64,000 nucleotides of DNA from Terriglobia bacterium (GCA_965218585.1 CBDCLE010000022.1:32001-96000), one strand, 5' to 3'. Counted from the stretch's first letter, positions 1 through 10,631 are shown. Notes: generated by a model from the letters alone, not told the origin. Numbers and translations are program-made.

Positions 1-209
1 GTGCCTTAGGGATGGTTCTTCCTGGAGTCACCGGGATCGCACCGATTCTGACGCCGGTGGCCGCAACTGGCCTGGTAATAGTCATGCTTGGCGCTGTTGT
101 TACCCATATTCGTCACTCTGAGACGCCGATGTCAGTGCCACCTTTGATCCTTGGTGTTCTTGCTGCGTTTGTTGCCTACGGTCGCTTTGTGGCTGTGCCG
201 TTTTCCTAG
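1..209 (+). CDS. DoxX-family membrane protein, 3' part (truncated by window edge)
   Basis: Hydrophobic ORF LTPVAATGLVIVMLGAVVTHIR...LAAFVAYGRF, typical of DoxX_2 C-terminus. Confidence 0.7.
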   Translation, partial: ALGMVLPGVTGIAPILTPVAATGLVIVMLGAVVTHIRHSETPMSVPPLILGVLAAFVAYGRFVAVPFS

Positions 210-284
210 TCATACGACTCGTTGTTGGCCTGACACCCCTGTGAAGTGGAGTCTCTCCATTTCAGATCAACGAAACGCGCTGAT

Positions 285-1370
285 TCAATTCTCGTTTTTG
301 ACGTACTTCGTCACGCCCCTCAGTTGGGCTTCTGCCGTGTAGATATTGCCCGTGGGATCGATCGCAATGCCTTCTCCCATTGCACCATTCGGAGAATCCG
401 TTGGGTGTGCCGGAATGAACCCGGTCACCTTCCCGTCCTGGAGGCTGCCGATCCGGATCCCCCTCCGCCAGCCTGGGTGGACCGCTTCCCTCGACTCGGA
501 GTCGGCCGTGTAGATAACGTCGTTGCTGTCGATGGCCAGCCCGCTGACGCGCCCGAATTCGGCGTATTCACGGATGAACCTACCGTTCTTGGTCAGTATC
601 TGGATGCGGTGGTTATGGCGATCAGCGACGATGAGCCGGCCCTGGGAATCGAACTCGACCGCATGTGGCGTCCGGAACTCTCCCGGCCCCGTGCCGCTTC
701 TGCCGATCACTCTGAGGAAGTTCCCGTCTCTGTCGAAGACGGAGATGCGCCCAATCAGATTGGGATCGGTTACATTCGTGTGGCTCTCCGCCACGTACAC
801 GTCACCGTTTTCCGGGTCCGTCACCAGATCGGTCGGGTCCGTCAGAGCTTCGGGAGGGTCTCCACGCACGCCCAGGGTCCCGAGCGTCATGAGGACTCTG
901 CCTTCGGGACTGAACTTGACGACGACACTTCCCTTTCCGTCCACGGCTCGTGCGTCGGCGACCCACACACTTCCGTCTCGATCGACATGGATGCCATGCG
1001 GCCAGACGAACATCCCGCCGCCAAAGCTCCGGATCTCATTCCCGGACTCATCGAAATGGTGGACCGGGTTCCCGGGGCTGTCGACACAGCCCGGGGTGGT
1101 TCCGGGTGAGCATCTGTCGACGGCCCACACGGACCTCCCATCGGGGTCGATGGCGACGCCGTTGGAGCCGCCCCACCCTCTTGCCTCTAAATCGAGCTGT
1201 GCCCAGTCCCGGATGACGCGGTAGGGATTGGTGCCGCTGTTGATGGGCTGAATCCTGTCCGTCTCAGTCGTGCCTCCGCGCTGTTGCGTGTAAGCACTTG
1301 TTGCCAGCAGGGCCCCGACGGCAGCGATCACCATCATCGGCCAGAACCTCACGAAACCTGAAGTGCTCAT
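285..1370 (-). CDS. Secreted NHL-repeat beta-propeller (peptidyl-alpha-hydroxyglycine lyase-like)
   Basis: Signal peptide; NHL repeats FVWPHGIHVDRDGSVWVAD and GPGEFRTPHAVEFDSQGRLIVADRHNHRIQI. Confidence 0.85.
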   Translation of the reverse strand: MSTSGFVRFWPMMVIAAVGALLATSAYTQQRGGTTETDRIQPINSGTNPYRVIRDWAQLDLEARGWGGSNGVAIDPDGRSVWAVDRCSPGTTPGCVDSPGNPVHHFDESGNEIRSFGGGMFVWPHGIHVDRDGSVWVADARAVDGKGSVVVKFSPEGRVLMTLGTLGVRGDPPEALTDPTDLVTDPENGDVYVAESHTNVTDPNLIGRISVFDRDGNFLRVIGRSGTGPGEFRTPHAVEFDSQGRLIVADRHNHRIQILTKNGRFIREYAEFGRVSGLAIDSNDVIYTADSESREAVHPGWRRGIRIGSLQDGKVTGFIPAHPTDSPNGAMGEGIAIDPTGNIYTAEAQLRGVTKYVKNEN

Positions 1371-1632
1371 GTCGATGCTCCTTCTCAGGTTTTGGTCTGT
1401 ACTTGCGGAAAATCGCGAAAAACTCGGTAAAGAATACTAAGGGAGGGGTTTCGAAGCAATCAGAAGGTCAATGTCCGGATTCTTGCCGATCTCGAGGTCG
1501 GGGAAGATGATCTAACAGGGATTGAGAATGGATTTGGGGCTGCACCTACACTCTCACGCCAGTCCGGTCCCACCGATCCCTGGACGCTCCAGAAGCAAGT
1601 TCAGGCACGGGACAGTGAGATCCGCCATCTTC

Positions 1633-1695
1633 ACTTAACAATCAAGTAGAGTTAGCCCAGACTTGCTCCCGGAGGAGTCCACTGGGATGTCTGGT
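1633..1695. promoter_or_regulatory. Putative PadR operator pair
   Basis: Two related 15-bp imperfect palindromes: ACTTAACAATCAAGT (1633-1647) and ACTGGGATGTCTGGT (1681-1695, overlapping the start codon), upstream of padR. Confidence 0.4.
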
Positions 1696-2037
1696 AAAGA
1701 CATGGGCCGTGTCGAGCTGCTGCAGGGCACGCTCGACCTGATCGTGCTGCGGGCGCTGGCCACGATGGGGCCCCTGCACGCCTACGGGATTGCCGCGCGG
1801 CTCGAACAGGTGTCGGAGCACCCGTTCACGTTGAACCAGGGCACGCTCTATCCGGCGCTCGTCCGGCTCGAGCAGAAGGGCTGGATCAAGGGCACGTGGC
1901 AGAAGACCGAGCACAACCGCGATGCCAAGTACTACGGAATCACCAGGGCGGGCCGCCGGGCACTGGGCCGGGAGACCGAGCGCTGGCGGCGGCTGGCGGG
2001 ACTCGTCGAGAAATTGCTCGGGGATCTAGAGGCATGA
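1687..2037 (+). CDS. PadR-family transcriptional regulator (acidobacterial type)
   Basis: LLQGTLDLIVL...HAYGIA...LNQGTLYPALVRLEQKGWI...KYYGITRAG; GGAGG RBS; stop overlaps next start (ATGA). Confidence 0.93.
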   Translation: MSGKDMGRVELLQGTLDLIVLRALATMGPLHAYGIAARLEQVSEHPFTLNQGTLYPALVRLEQKGWIKGTWQKTEHNRDAKYYGITRAGRRALGRETERWRRLAGLVEKLLGDLEA

Positions 2038-4744
2038 GACGACTGCTGCACCGGCTCGTCGCGAGCGTCCGACATCAGAGCGCCGATCGGGAACTCACGC
2101 GCGAAATGGCCGCGCATCTGGTACTTCTTGAGGACGAGTATCGCCGCCGGGGAATGACGCCGGAGGAGGCACAGTACGCGGCGCGGCGGGCGATGGGCGG
2201 CATCGAGCAGGCCAAAGAGCACCAGCGCGACGCGCGCGCGTTCCGCTGGCTGGACGATCTCCGGCGCGACGCGCGCGACGCCATGCGCTCTTTCGGCAGA
2301 AACCCCGGTTTCACCGCTGTGCTCGTCCTCACTCTCGGGCTGGGGATCGGGGCAACGGCGACAGTCTTCAGTATGCTGGACGTACTCCTGCTCGAGCCCC
2401 TTCCGTACCCGGAGCACGAGCGCCTCGGTCTTGTCTTCGAGCGGAGGCCGTCCGACGGTGTCGAGCGCGACCGCTTCGCCATACGCGAATACCAGGAACT
2501 CATGGCTACGCAGGAGAGCTTCGACCTGACAGCGCTTTTCACCAACGAGGGCAGGACCTTGACCGGTGAGCTGGCGGCCGAGAGGGTCGGTGTGATTCGT
2601 ACTTCGTCGACGCTGTTCGCTCAACTCGGAGCGGTCCCCGTTCACGGGCGGCTCCTCATCGACGTTGACGACGGGCCCGGGGCACCGACCCGGGCGGTGC
2701 TCGGCCATGGACTCTGGCGGCGACGCTTCGGAGCAGACCCCACGGTCGTTGGAAGCTCCATCACCCTCGACGGCCAGCCGATTCGCGTGGTAGGCGTCCT
2801 TTCCTCCGACTTCCCGGCGGCCGCCATGCGCCAGTGGGCCGGAGCGGGAGACGTTTTTCTCAATCTCTCCCACGAATTCCCCGAGAGCGGGGTCCACACT
2901 GTCGTCGTGAGGAGGGCGCCGGGAGTGTCCTGGGATCAGGCTCAGGCAGATCTGGGCCGAATTGCGACGTGATGGGGGCACGGAGAGGCCAGGAGATCCT
3001 GATCGAGGCCTTCGCACTCAGGGACGAGGTCTCCGGGGCGGCCCGTCCGGCACTGTTCGTGATGTTTGGCGCGGCGGCCATCCTGCTCCTCATCACGTGC
3101 GCCAACGCGGCCACCCTTCTTCTGTCGAGGGCTTCCGACCGGGAACAGGAGATGGCGTTGCTCTCGGCGCTGGGTGCGAGCCGCCCGCAATTCCTCCGTA
3201 GGGCCGTCGTCGAGCAGTTCTTCATCGCCGTGTTGGGGGCCGCGGCGGCGGTGGGGGTGGCTTCTGCTCGTTCCACGTGGCCCTGCGAGGGCTTGTCCCC
3301 GAGGTGGGCTTGATCGGCGACCGGTACAACATGGGCACGTGGCAGACTGTGCCCTTGCTTCGCAACGTGGAGATCGATGCCCGGGTCCTGGCGTTCACGG
3401 GTCTCGTCACGCTCGTTTCGAGCTTCCTCTTCGGACTGGCTCCAGCCATCCGGGCCTCCCGAGCGAACCCCAGCGCCCTACTGAAGGGCAACGGAGCGGT
3501 CCCCTATTCGCTTCCCGTGAGCCGGTGGCGCCCCACGGTCCGGGACGGCCCTGGACGGTCGGGCAAGTGGCCCTCGCATTCATCCTGCTCATCGGGGCAG
3601 GGCTCATGGTTCGCAGCTTCCTCACCGCTCGGGGGACCGATCTCGGGTTCTCACCCGAGAACCGCTTGAGCCTGTACGTGAACCCGGCGGGCGAGCGCTA
3701 TGAGAGTCGACGGGCACGGGCGGAGTTCTACGACGAGGTGCTGGAAGGGGTGGAAAGGGTGCCAGGGGTCGAGGCCGCCGCGGTGGTCGACGGGCTGCCC
3801 CTGACCGGAGGCGTAGGCTGGGTCCGCGTCGTGCCCGAGGGGCGGGAGTTCGAGGGGCGGACGGTCACCTATCGGAGCGCGCCGACCTCCCTCACGCGCC
3901 ACGTCAGCTACGGGTACTTCGAGACCATGGGGATTCCCCTTTTGGCGGGTCGGCTCCCTGACGAGAGGGACCGCGGGGACGCTCCGCGGGGTCGTCGTCG
4001 TGGACGAGCGCCTCGCAAACCGTCTGTGGCCCGGGGAGGATCCGGTGGGGAAGCGTCTGTTCGGGGTCTTCGGAGAAAGGTGCGACGGGGGGTGCTCGAT
4101 TGGCGAAGTGGTCGGTGTCGTTGGGCCTGTTCGCTACGAGGCCACTGGAGGCGGACCCATGGATGACCTTTTACGACTTGGTGCCCCAGGTGGGTGACGG
4201 CGGTCACGGCGTCTACGTCGTGGCGCGAACCACCTCCGATCCACGTACGGTGACCGCGGCCGTTCGCCGAGAGATCCAGTCCGTGGACCCCGATCAGCCG
4301 TTGATCGACGTCCAGACGATGGAAGAGCGCTTGACCGACACGTTGGTCGTACGTCGACTGTCTGCCTTGGTGCTCGAGACGTTTGCCCTTCTCGCTCTGT
4401 CCCTGGCCCTCGTCGGCCTCTACGGGACGATTTCCTACGGCGTGAGTCGGGCTCGCCACTCAATGGCGATCCGGGTCGCACTGGGAGCTCGGAAGAGGGA
4501 TGTGCGAGGGCTCGTGCTTCGGAAAACGCTGCTCATGACCGGCATGGGCCTCGGGCTCGGATTCGTGGGATCGCTGGTCCTCAGCAGGCTGCTGGAGGCG
4601 GTCCTCTATGGCGTGACTCCGACGGACCCCGCGACCTACATCATTCTCGCCCTCGTCCTCCTGGGAACCGGCTTCCTGGCCGCTGTGGGGCCGGCACGAC
4701 GGGCTGCGACGGTGGATCCGGTAAGGCACCTACGGACCACCTGA
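2034..4744 (+). pseudogene. ADOP/MacB-FtsX duplicated ABC permease, broken by about 5 frameshifts
   Basis: Permease prefix (ELTREMAAHL...EAQYAARRAMGG), GFTAVLVLTLGLGIGA, CANAATLLLSRA, GQVALAFILLIGAGL, AIRVALGA, PARRAATVDPV; pieces lie in ORFs 1896, 2834, 3277, 3066, 4000 and 4100. Confidence 0.8.
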
Positions 4745-4851
4745 CGAGCACAGCGCATGACGGCATTGTCAACCGAGAGGTCCGAAAGCGACCAACAAGG
4801 AACAATGGTATCTGGCTTCTAAGGACCGTTTACGTGAAAAGGAGCATCATC

Positions 4852-5244
4852 ATGACCAAGAGTATGTTGGCTTCGATTGCTCTTGCCGTTATTGTGTCGG
4901 GATCGGCATGGGCGCACCACAGTATGTCGGCAGTCTTCGACTTCAGCCAGCGATTCACACGGACCGGTACGCTTACCGAGCTCGACTGGAGGAATCCGCA
5001 CATCTCCTTGTTCGTCGACGCGGAGAGCGATCAGGGGCTGGTGGAAACGTGGTCGTTCGAGGGACCGACTCCCACCTTCTTCCGAAAATCCGACAACGTT
5101 GACAAGAGCGATTTCGAGAACGCCATCGGCAAAACTGTGACGGTGGAAGCCAGCCGCGCCAGGAACGGCTCTCTCTCCGGGCTTATTCGGATGATTACCC
5201 TGCCAGAGGGCACGGTTGTGTCGTTGTGTCCGCAAAACTGTTGA
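4852..5244 (+). CDS. DUF6152-family secreted protein
   Basis: Signal peptide then AHHS...FD...G.LTELDWRNPH...W..EG.TP signature. Confidence 0.8.
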   Translation: MTKSMLASIALAVIVSGSAWAHHSMSAVFDFSQRFTRTGTLTELDWRNPHISLFVDAESDQGLVETWSFEGPTPTFFRKSDNVDKSDFENAIGKTVTVEASRARNGSLSGLIRMITLPEGTVVSLCPQNC

Positions 5245-5291
5245 AGTTTGAACAATCAGTGCGGCTGCCGACCCCGCAAGGAGGGTTCCAC

Positions 5292-7220
5292 GTGAAGATT
5301 ACTTATCCGGTTGCGATCGTGATCACGGGGGCCGCCCTGTCTGCTGCCCTGCTGATGAATCCGGTGCCCGCCATCGGTCAGGTACCGACCGCTGTCAACG
5401 CCGCCAACGAGGAGGCCAGTGCCGCCAGGGCCAGACGAATCGCCCAACAGTTTGAGGCCGACGCTCGAGTACTCACCGTGTTCGACCGCCAAGGGAAGGT
5501 CGTGACCACAGTCGGGGAGCGCGCGATTTACGAGGATACTGTTTTCTCCCCGGACCGGACACGGCTGGCGGTGATCAAGAACGACCTGGAGAGCGAAACC
5601 ATAGACCTCTGGGTTCTCGACATTGCGACAGGGAGCAGCACACGCATCACGTCCAATGAAACGCGGGAGCAGGAGTGGGTGTCCTCGCCGGTCTGGTCTC
5701 CGGACGGCAGTCAGCTGGCGTATGTGGCATCGCGCGGCAGTTACTTCGGTTTGTATCGACAAGCTTCGAATGGCGAAGGTGAAGAAGAACTCCTCTACGA
5801 GCACCCTGGCGGGAGGATTTTCCTCACCGACTGGTCGCTGGATGGACGTTTCCTGGGCTTCACCTTGCCGGACATTCTTGGAGGAACCCTGTACGCGCTG
5901 CAGATCAGTGGCGATGGGGAGCGCACCCCCATCGTGGTCTCTCGCAGTGACTCTTCTTTGTTTGGTTCGAGCTTTTCTCCCGATGCCCGCTTCCTGTCCT
6001 TCGAGTCGAATGAGTCCGGCAGAAATGAATTCTACGTCCGGGGGTTCGACCCATCGGCGGGCGCGGGCGCCCGGTCGGGGGCCGGGCCCTGGCAGGTGTC
6101 CGACGAGGGTGCCCGCTGGGCCACAGTTTCAGGATGGCGCCGGGACGGCAGGGAAATCTACTTTGTGGCCGCCGATGGCAGCGTGATGGCGGTCGAGGTC
6201 AGCACCGGTCCCGCGTTCGAATTCGGAACGCCGACGGTGCTGTTCCGCCTGTCCGAAGCGGTGCCCGTCAATCCTGGGAGCGTCAACGTCAGCCGCGACG
6301 GGGAGCGCATCGTCATCGCCGTGCCACACGCCCCGACCCTCCAGCAGATCACCGTGTTCGATCGACAGGGAACCGTGCTGCAGCGGGTGGGCGAACCGGG
6401 TCGTTACCGCAACCCGGCACTGTCGCCGGACGGAACAAAAGTGGCCGTGTCGCGGAGAGTTCGAGAGACGAACAGACTGAACATCTGGACGTTCGACGTC
6501 GCCTCGGGGACGGGAACGCCGGTCACGAATGATAACTCCCCGGAAAATGACCCGGTCTGGTCTCCGGACGGCAGTCATGTGGCGTATCAGTCGAGGCGCG
6601 GGATCTTCAGCAGCATCTATCGAAAAGCCTGGGACGGAACCGGCGATGAGGAGCAGTTGTTTCAGTACACGCCAGGCGCATTCTTGCAGCCGGCGGATTG
6701 GTCGGCGGACGGAAGATTCCTGACCTTCCATGACGGCTGCTGGGGCGTCTTGTATGTATTGCCCCTCAGCGGAGACGAGGAGGCCCTCGAGCGGGAAGCG
6801 ATTGAGTGGCTCCGCGACGAGTACCTCGTGGCCCAGGCCCGGTTTTCTCCCGATTCCCGCTTCATCGCGTATCTGTCGGATGAGATCGAGGCCGAGATAT
6901 TTCAGGTCTATGTAGGCCCGTTTGATGCCAGTAAGCCCGATGGTGGCAGGGAAAACGCAACACCGGTACAGGTTTCAGACGCGGGCGCCCTGGGCATGAT
7001 TTTTTGGCGGCAGGACGGCAAGGAACTCTACTACCTCACTCCCGATTGGGAGGTGATGGCGGTGGACGTTGCCACGACTCCCACGTTTCAGGCCGGGACG
7101 CCCAGGCTGCTTTTCAAGTTACCCGGGCCGTTGCTCGGGAGTCCCACACAGTGGAAGAACGTCAGCCCGGACGGTCAGCGTTTCGTGTTTGCGATCAATG
7201 TGCCCGTGAACGTCCACTGA
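5292..7220 (+). CDS. Secreted TolB-like PD40/WD40 beta-propeller protein with internal tandem duplication
   Basis: Signal peptide; repeated PVWSPDGS, FSPD, DWS.DGRFL and WR.DG.E.Y motifs in two ~300-aa units. Confidence 0.85.
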   Translation: MKITYPVAIVITGAALSAALLMNPVPAIGQVPTAVNAANEEASAARARRIAQQFEADARVLTVFDRQGKVVTTVGERAIYEDTVFSPDRTRLAVIKNDLESETIDLWVLDIATGSSTRITSNETREQEWVSSPVWSPDGSQLAYVASRGSYFGLYRQASNGEGEEELLYEHPGGRIFLTDWSLDGRFLGFTLPDILGGTLYALQISGDGERTPIVVSRSDSSLFGSSFSPDARFLSFESNESGRNEFYVRGFDPSAGAGARSGAGPWQVSDEGARWATVSGWRRDGREIYFVAADGSVMAVEVSTGPAFEFGTPTVLFRLSEAVPVNPGSVNVSRDGERIVIAVPHAPTLQQITVFDRQGTVLQRVGEPGRYRNPALSPDGTKVAVSRRVRETNRLNIWTFDVASGTGTPVTNDNSPENDPVWSPDGSHVAYQSRRGIFSSIYRKAWDGTGDEEQLFQYTPGAFLQPADWSADGRFLTFHDGCWGVLYVLPLSGDEEALEREAIEWLRDEYLVAQARFSPDSRFIAYLSDEIEAEIFQVYVGPFDASKPDGGRENATPVQVSDAGALGMIFWRQDGKELYYLTPDWEVMAVDVATTPTFQAGTPRLLFKLPGPLLGSPTQWKNVSPDGQRFVFAINVPVNVH

Positions 7221-7485
7221 CCGTTGACTGCCGAGACGCGGAGTGAGCCGATCTCGTAATGTCCGAGTTGGGTGCCTGATTCCATGTTCAACGTGTGCAG
7301 TTAACGACGCCGTGTAAATAGGCTAAACGATACAAGAGGTGAGGGTTATTGGCAGAAAAGGGTCAAGTCCTGAGAAACGATGCCAGATCAACCGGTCGAT
7401 CGAACACCTGCGTACGAAAGAGATTTCGAATGAAAGGTCCCCTATTACCTTGGGTTCCAGGGCTTCCACATCAATCGATAGACCA

Positions 7486-7514
7486 TTGACCCAATTGGCG
7501 AAACTGCCTATTCT
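7486..7514 (+). promoter_or_regulatory. Putative sigma70 promoter of the bacilliredoxin gene
   Basis: TTGACC-N17-TATTCT about 80 bp upstream of the ATG at 7594. Confidence 0.5.
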
Positions 7515-7593
7515 TCTGAGGTAGCCCCAGTGGCGATCCGCTGTTGCGGGCTCGGAAGGTACTCAGGCAAATACCTTAAGAGGAGACTTAGGC

Positions 7594-8049
7594 ATGGATT
7601 TCGTTTTTAAGCCCAACCGCTATCCCGAAGAGCTCATCAAACCGATGAGAGAAGATCTCACGCGTCTGGGCGTGGTGGAAACGCGCACGCCCGAAGAAGT
7701 CGATCAGGCAGTGCAGAACACGGATGGAACCACGATGGTCATCGTCAATTCCGTGTGCGGATGTGCGGCCGGAAAGGCCCGCCCCGGTGTCGCCATGGCG
7801 CTCGGTCATTCGGTCAAGCCGGACAACATCGTTACCGTGTTTGCGGGTGCGGATGTTGAGGCCACCGAGAGGGCTCGGGAACACTTCAAGGGTTACGCTC
7901 CGTCATCTCCATCCATTGCGCTCATGCAGAACGGCGAAGTCGTTTACATGCTGGAGCGTCATCAGATCGAGGGACGGGAAGCACCCGAGATCGCCGCGGT
8001 ACTGACAGATGCGTTCGATCGTCTGTGCGTTCCCGCTTCAAATGGATGA
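7594..8049 (+). CDS. BrxA/BrxB-family bacilliredoxin
   Basis: YPEELIKPMREDLT, VNSVCGCAAGKARPG (CGC), TVFAG.D.EAT, PSSPSIAL, ERHQIEGR. Confidence 0.93.
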   Translation: MDFVFKPNRYPEELIKPMREDLTRLGVVETRTPEEVDQAVQNTDGTTMVIVNSVCGCAAGKARPGVAMALGHSVKPDNIVTVFAGADVEATERAREHFKGYAPSSPSIALMQNGEVVYMLERHQIEGREAPEIAAVLTDAFDRLCVPASNG

Positions 8050-8223
8050 AGGTCCCCAAAACTGTTCAGATTAGACTTCGGATGGGTTTCACGTTGACGT
8101 CTGAGTTTTCTGGAATCGGCCTCAAATCTTGCTAGAATATGCGGACCGATGACCGGACAGGCGTTTCAAGGGTTCACCGTGTCGCGCGCAGCAGAGAGGT
8201 GGTCTGCGTGAAGGGGACGGTCG

Positions 8224-8781
8224 ATGCCTAGTCGGCTGTTTGTGGGGAACCTTCCCTACGAAGCGACCGAAGACGAAATCCGGGAGCACTTCTCCCAGGT
8301 GGCTCCCGTCTCCCGCGTCTTCATGCCCTTGGACAGAGATACTGGGAAACCCCGCGGTTTTGCATTCGTAGAATTCGCCGAGCCCGAGCAGTCCAGCGCA
8401 GCGATCGAACAGCTTCATCAAAAGCCCTTCAAGGATCGGCCCCTGGTCGTCAATGAAGCCCGTCCAAGTGAAGGGCGTCCATCGGGTCCGCCCCGAGGCG
8501 CCAGACCCGCAGGCGGTGGGGCACCGCCCAGACCGCAGTCCCGAGAGCGAACGTCCATGGGTGGAGCTCCCGACGGTGCGCCTGCCCGTCCATCTCCATC
8601 AAGGCCCAGGCGCCGTGGTGGAAAACGCTCTTTCTGGGACGACAGTCCCAAAAAAGAGCCGATTCCGGAAAAAGTTCGAGGCCAGATATTGTCGGGTTAC
8701 GACGACGACGTCGAAGATGAGGAAGAGATAGAATTCGAAAACTTCGCGACCAGTCTGCCCGAGATTGACGAAGAAGAGTGA
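8224..8781 (+). CDS. RRM RNA-binding protein with low-complexity tail
   Basis: RNP2 LFVGNL, RNP1 RGFAFVEF, VVNEARP; Gly/Pro/Arg-rich then acidic tail. Confidence 0.9.
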   Translation: MPSRLFVGNLPYEATEDEIREHFSQVAPVSRVFMPLDRDTGKPRGFAFVEFAEPEQSSAAIEQLHQKPFKDRPLVVNEARPSEGRPSGPPRGARPAGGGAPPRPQSRERTSMGGAPDGAPARPSPSRPRRRGGKRSFWDDSPKKEPIPEKVRGQILSGYDDDVEDEEEIEFENFATSLPEIDEEE

Positions 8782-8819
8782 GTGCCGGATTTCTCTGAGC
8801 GGCCCAACCCCCCAACAGC

Positions 8820-9410
8820 ATGAGCCAGTCCCGCTTTGTCCTTGGTGTCGATCTGGACGGAGTCTGTGCCGATTTCTATGAGGGGCTGCGTCCCATCGCC
8901 GCCGAATGGCTGGGCGTTCCCGTCTCCTCTCTGCAAAGAGAAGTCAGTCACGGTCTGGCCGAGTGGGGAATCGATTCTGCGCCGGGCGGGTACGAAGCCC
9001 TCCATCGGTTTGCCGTAACTCAGCGGAATCTGTTTCGTGAACTCAAGCCAGTGGATCGGGCCCCTGCAACGCTGCGCCGGATTTCAGGCCAGGACGTGCG
9101 GATTCGGATCATCACGAATCGACTCTTCATCAAGTACTTTCATCAGCAAGCCGTCCGCCAGACTATCGAGTGGCTCGACCATTACGATATTCCGTACTGG
9201 GATCTCTGTTTCATGCGGGACAAAGCGGCTGTCGGTGCGGATCTGTACATAGAGGACTCACCCGACAACATCGAGCAACTGCGAGGCGACGGCTATCCTA
9301 CGCTCGTCTTTTCAAACTCCACGAACCGTGATCTGGCCCCTCCCCGCGCCGACTCGTGGGAAGACGTGGAAAGTTTCGTGGAAGCAGAGCTTGTGAAGTG
9401 GCAACCCTGA
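8820..9410 (+). CDS. HAD-superfamily 5'(3')-nucleotidase (NT5C-like)
   Basis: GVDLDGVCADF motif I, IITNR, K...ADLYIEDSP. Confidence 0.8.
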   Translation: MSQSRFVLGVDLDGVCADFYEGLRPIAAEWLGVPVSSLQREVSHGLAEWGIDSAPGGYEALHRFAVTQRNLFRELKPVDRAPATLRRISGQDVRIRIITNRLFIKYFHQQAVRQTIEWLDHYDIPYWDLCFMRDKAAVGADLYIEDSPDNIEQLRGDGYPTLVFSNSTNRDLAPPRADSWEDVESFVEAELVKWQP

Positions 9411-9413
9411 CAG

Positions 9414-9435
9414 AAATAGGGCTCTGACCCCATTT
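9414..9435. repeat. REP-like short palindrome
   Basis: AAATAGGG-CTCTGA-CCCCATTT between nucleotidase and dinB. Confidence 0.35.
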
Positions 9436-9451
9436 AAAGAGGGGAGGGAAA

Positions 9452-9922
9452 GTGGCCGAGGACGAATCCTTGAGAAGCCATCTGGTAGCTGCTCTGAAGG
9501 GTGGCCATGCGCATCCCCCTATTGATCAGGTCCTGTCGGGTTGGCCGGAACAGCTTCGCGGCTCGAAACCAGACGGTGCAAACCACACGGCATGGCAACT
9601 GCTGGAACACCTGCGAATTGCGCAGTGGGACATCCTGGGTTTCTCGATTTCCCCAGACCATGTCTCGCCTGAATTTCCAGACGGGTACTGGCCGGAGGGC
9701 GGCGAACCACCTAATGAAGAAGCCTGGGACGAGAGCGCGAGTCAGTTTGAAAAAGACCTGGAGGCCATGCAATCTCTCGTGTTGGATCCGGCAACAGATC
9801 TCTACGCTCGAATACCTCACGGGGATGGTCAGACCGTACTCAAAGAAGCCTTGACCCTGACATCACACAACTCCTACCACATCGGGCAGTTGATGACGCT
9901 CCGGAGGATCCTTGGAGCGTAG
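9452..9922 (+). CDS. DinB/YfiT-family protein (putative thiol S-transferase)
   Basis: HTAWQLLEHLRIAQWDIL, PDGYWP, GQTVLKEAL...HNSYHIGQL. Confidence 0.88.
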   Translation: MAEDESLRSHLVAALKGGHAHPPIDQVLSGWPEQLRGSKPDGANHTAWQLLEHLRIAQWDILGFSISPDHVSPEFPDGYWPEGGEPPNEEAWDESASQFEKDLEAMQSLVLDPATDLYARIPHGDGQTVLKEALTLTSHNSYHIGQLMTLRRILGA

Positions 9923-9948
9923 ATGAACGCTGCCGAACCCGAATAACT

Positions 9949-9975
9949 TGAACTTTTCCGGCCGGTTGGGCGTAA
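9949..9975 (+). promoter_or_regulatory. Putative ECF-sigma promoter
   Basis: TGAACT-N16-CGTA upstream of the ECF sigma gene; a second candidate TGTTAA-N17-CGTTA lies at 10035-10062. Confidence 0.45.
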
Positions 9976-10082
9976 CTTGGATGAAGGCGGAAACGCATGA
10001 TCCTACCAGCAATAGGGAAGATGGCTCATTTTCTTGTTAATCGTTTCGGTCCCGGACCGTTAGATAGTGTGGAGACGAGAAG

Positions 10083-10631
10083 ATGACATTGTCCGTTGGT
10101 GTGAAACCCGAACAACCTCAGGCAGTCTTCAAGCAATTGGAGCAGGTATTCATGGACCACTACGATTTGGTCTACACGACTGCATACCGAGTCACTGGCA
10201 ACGGTAACGATGCCGAGGACGTGCTGCAGACCCTTTTTCTGCGGCTCGCCCGGAGGGAATCGTCACCGGACCAGAAGGGCGATTGGCCCCGGTACCTGCG
10301 CCGCGCTGCGGTAAACGTTTCACTCGACCTGGTTCGGAAGCGGAACCATAGCGTGTCGATCACGGAGATAGAGCCCTGGATCAAAGAGTCCCGGCCGGAT
10401 CCCTACCGGCAGCATAAGAGTAGGGAACTGGGCGAGGGACTTCGCCGCGCTCTCGCGGAATTGAATCCAAGGGCCGCTGAAGTCTTCGTGCTGCGGCACA
10501 TCGAGGGCTACACCAACGGAGATATCGCAAGTATGCTCGGCACATCGACCGGCTCGATTGCCGTCACCCTGTTTCGCGCGCGGAGTAGTCTGAGAAGATC
10601 GCTCCGCTCGTTCGTAGGAGGTCCGTCTTGA
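10083..10631 (+). CDS. ECF RNA polymerase sigma-70 factor
   Basis: Region 2 DAEDVLQTLFLRL...YLRRAAVN.SLD; region 4 VFVLRHIEG..N.DIA.MLG...LFRAR. Confidence 0.93.
   Translation: MTLSVGVKPEQPQAVFKQLEQVFMDHYDLVYTTAYRVTGNGNDAEDVLQTLFLRLARRESSPDQKGDWPRYLRRAAVNVSLDLVRKRNHSVSITEIEPWIKESRPDPYRQHKSRELGEGLRRALAELNPRAAEVFVLRHIEGYTNGDIASMLGTSTGSIAVTLFRARSSLRRSLRSFVGGPS

Noticed and set aside
4766-7230. IS21-like ends (TGTCAAC at 4766, GTTGAC near 7223) around the DUF6152/PD40 pair
   Set aside because: Match is only about 6-7 bp; no transposase or target duplication
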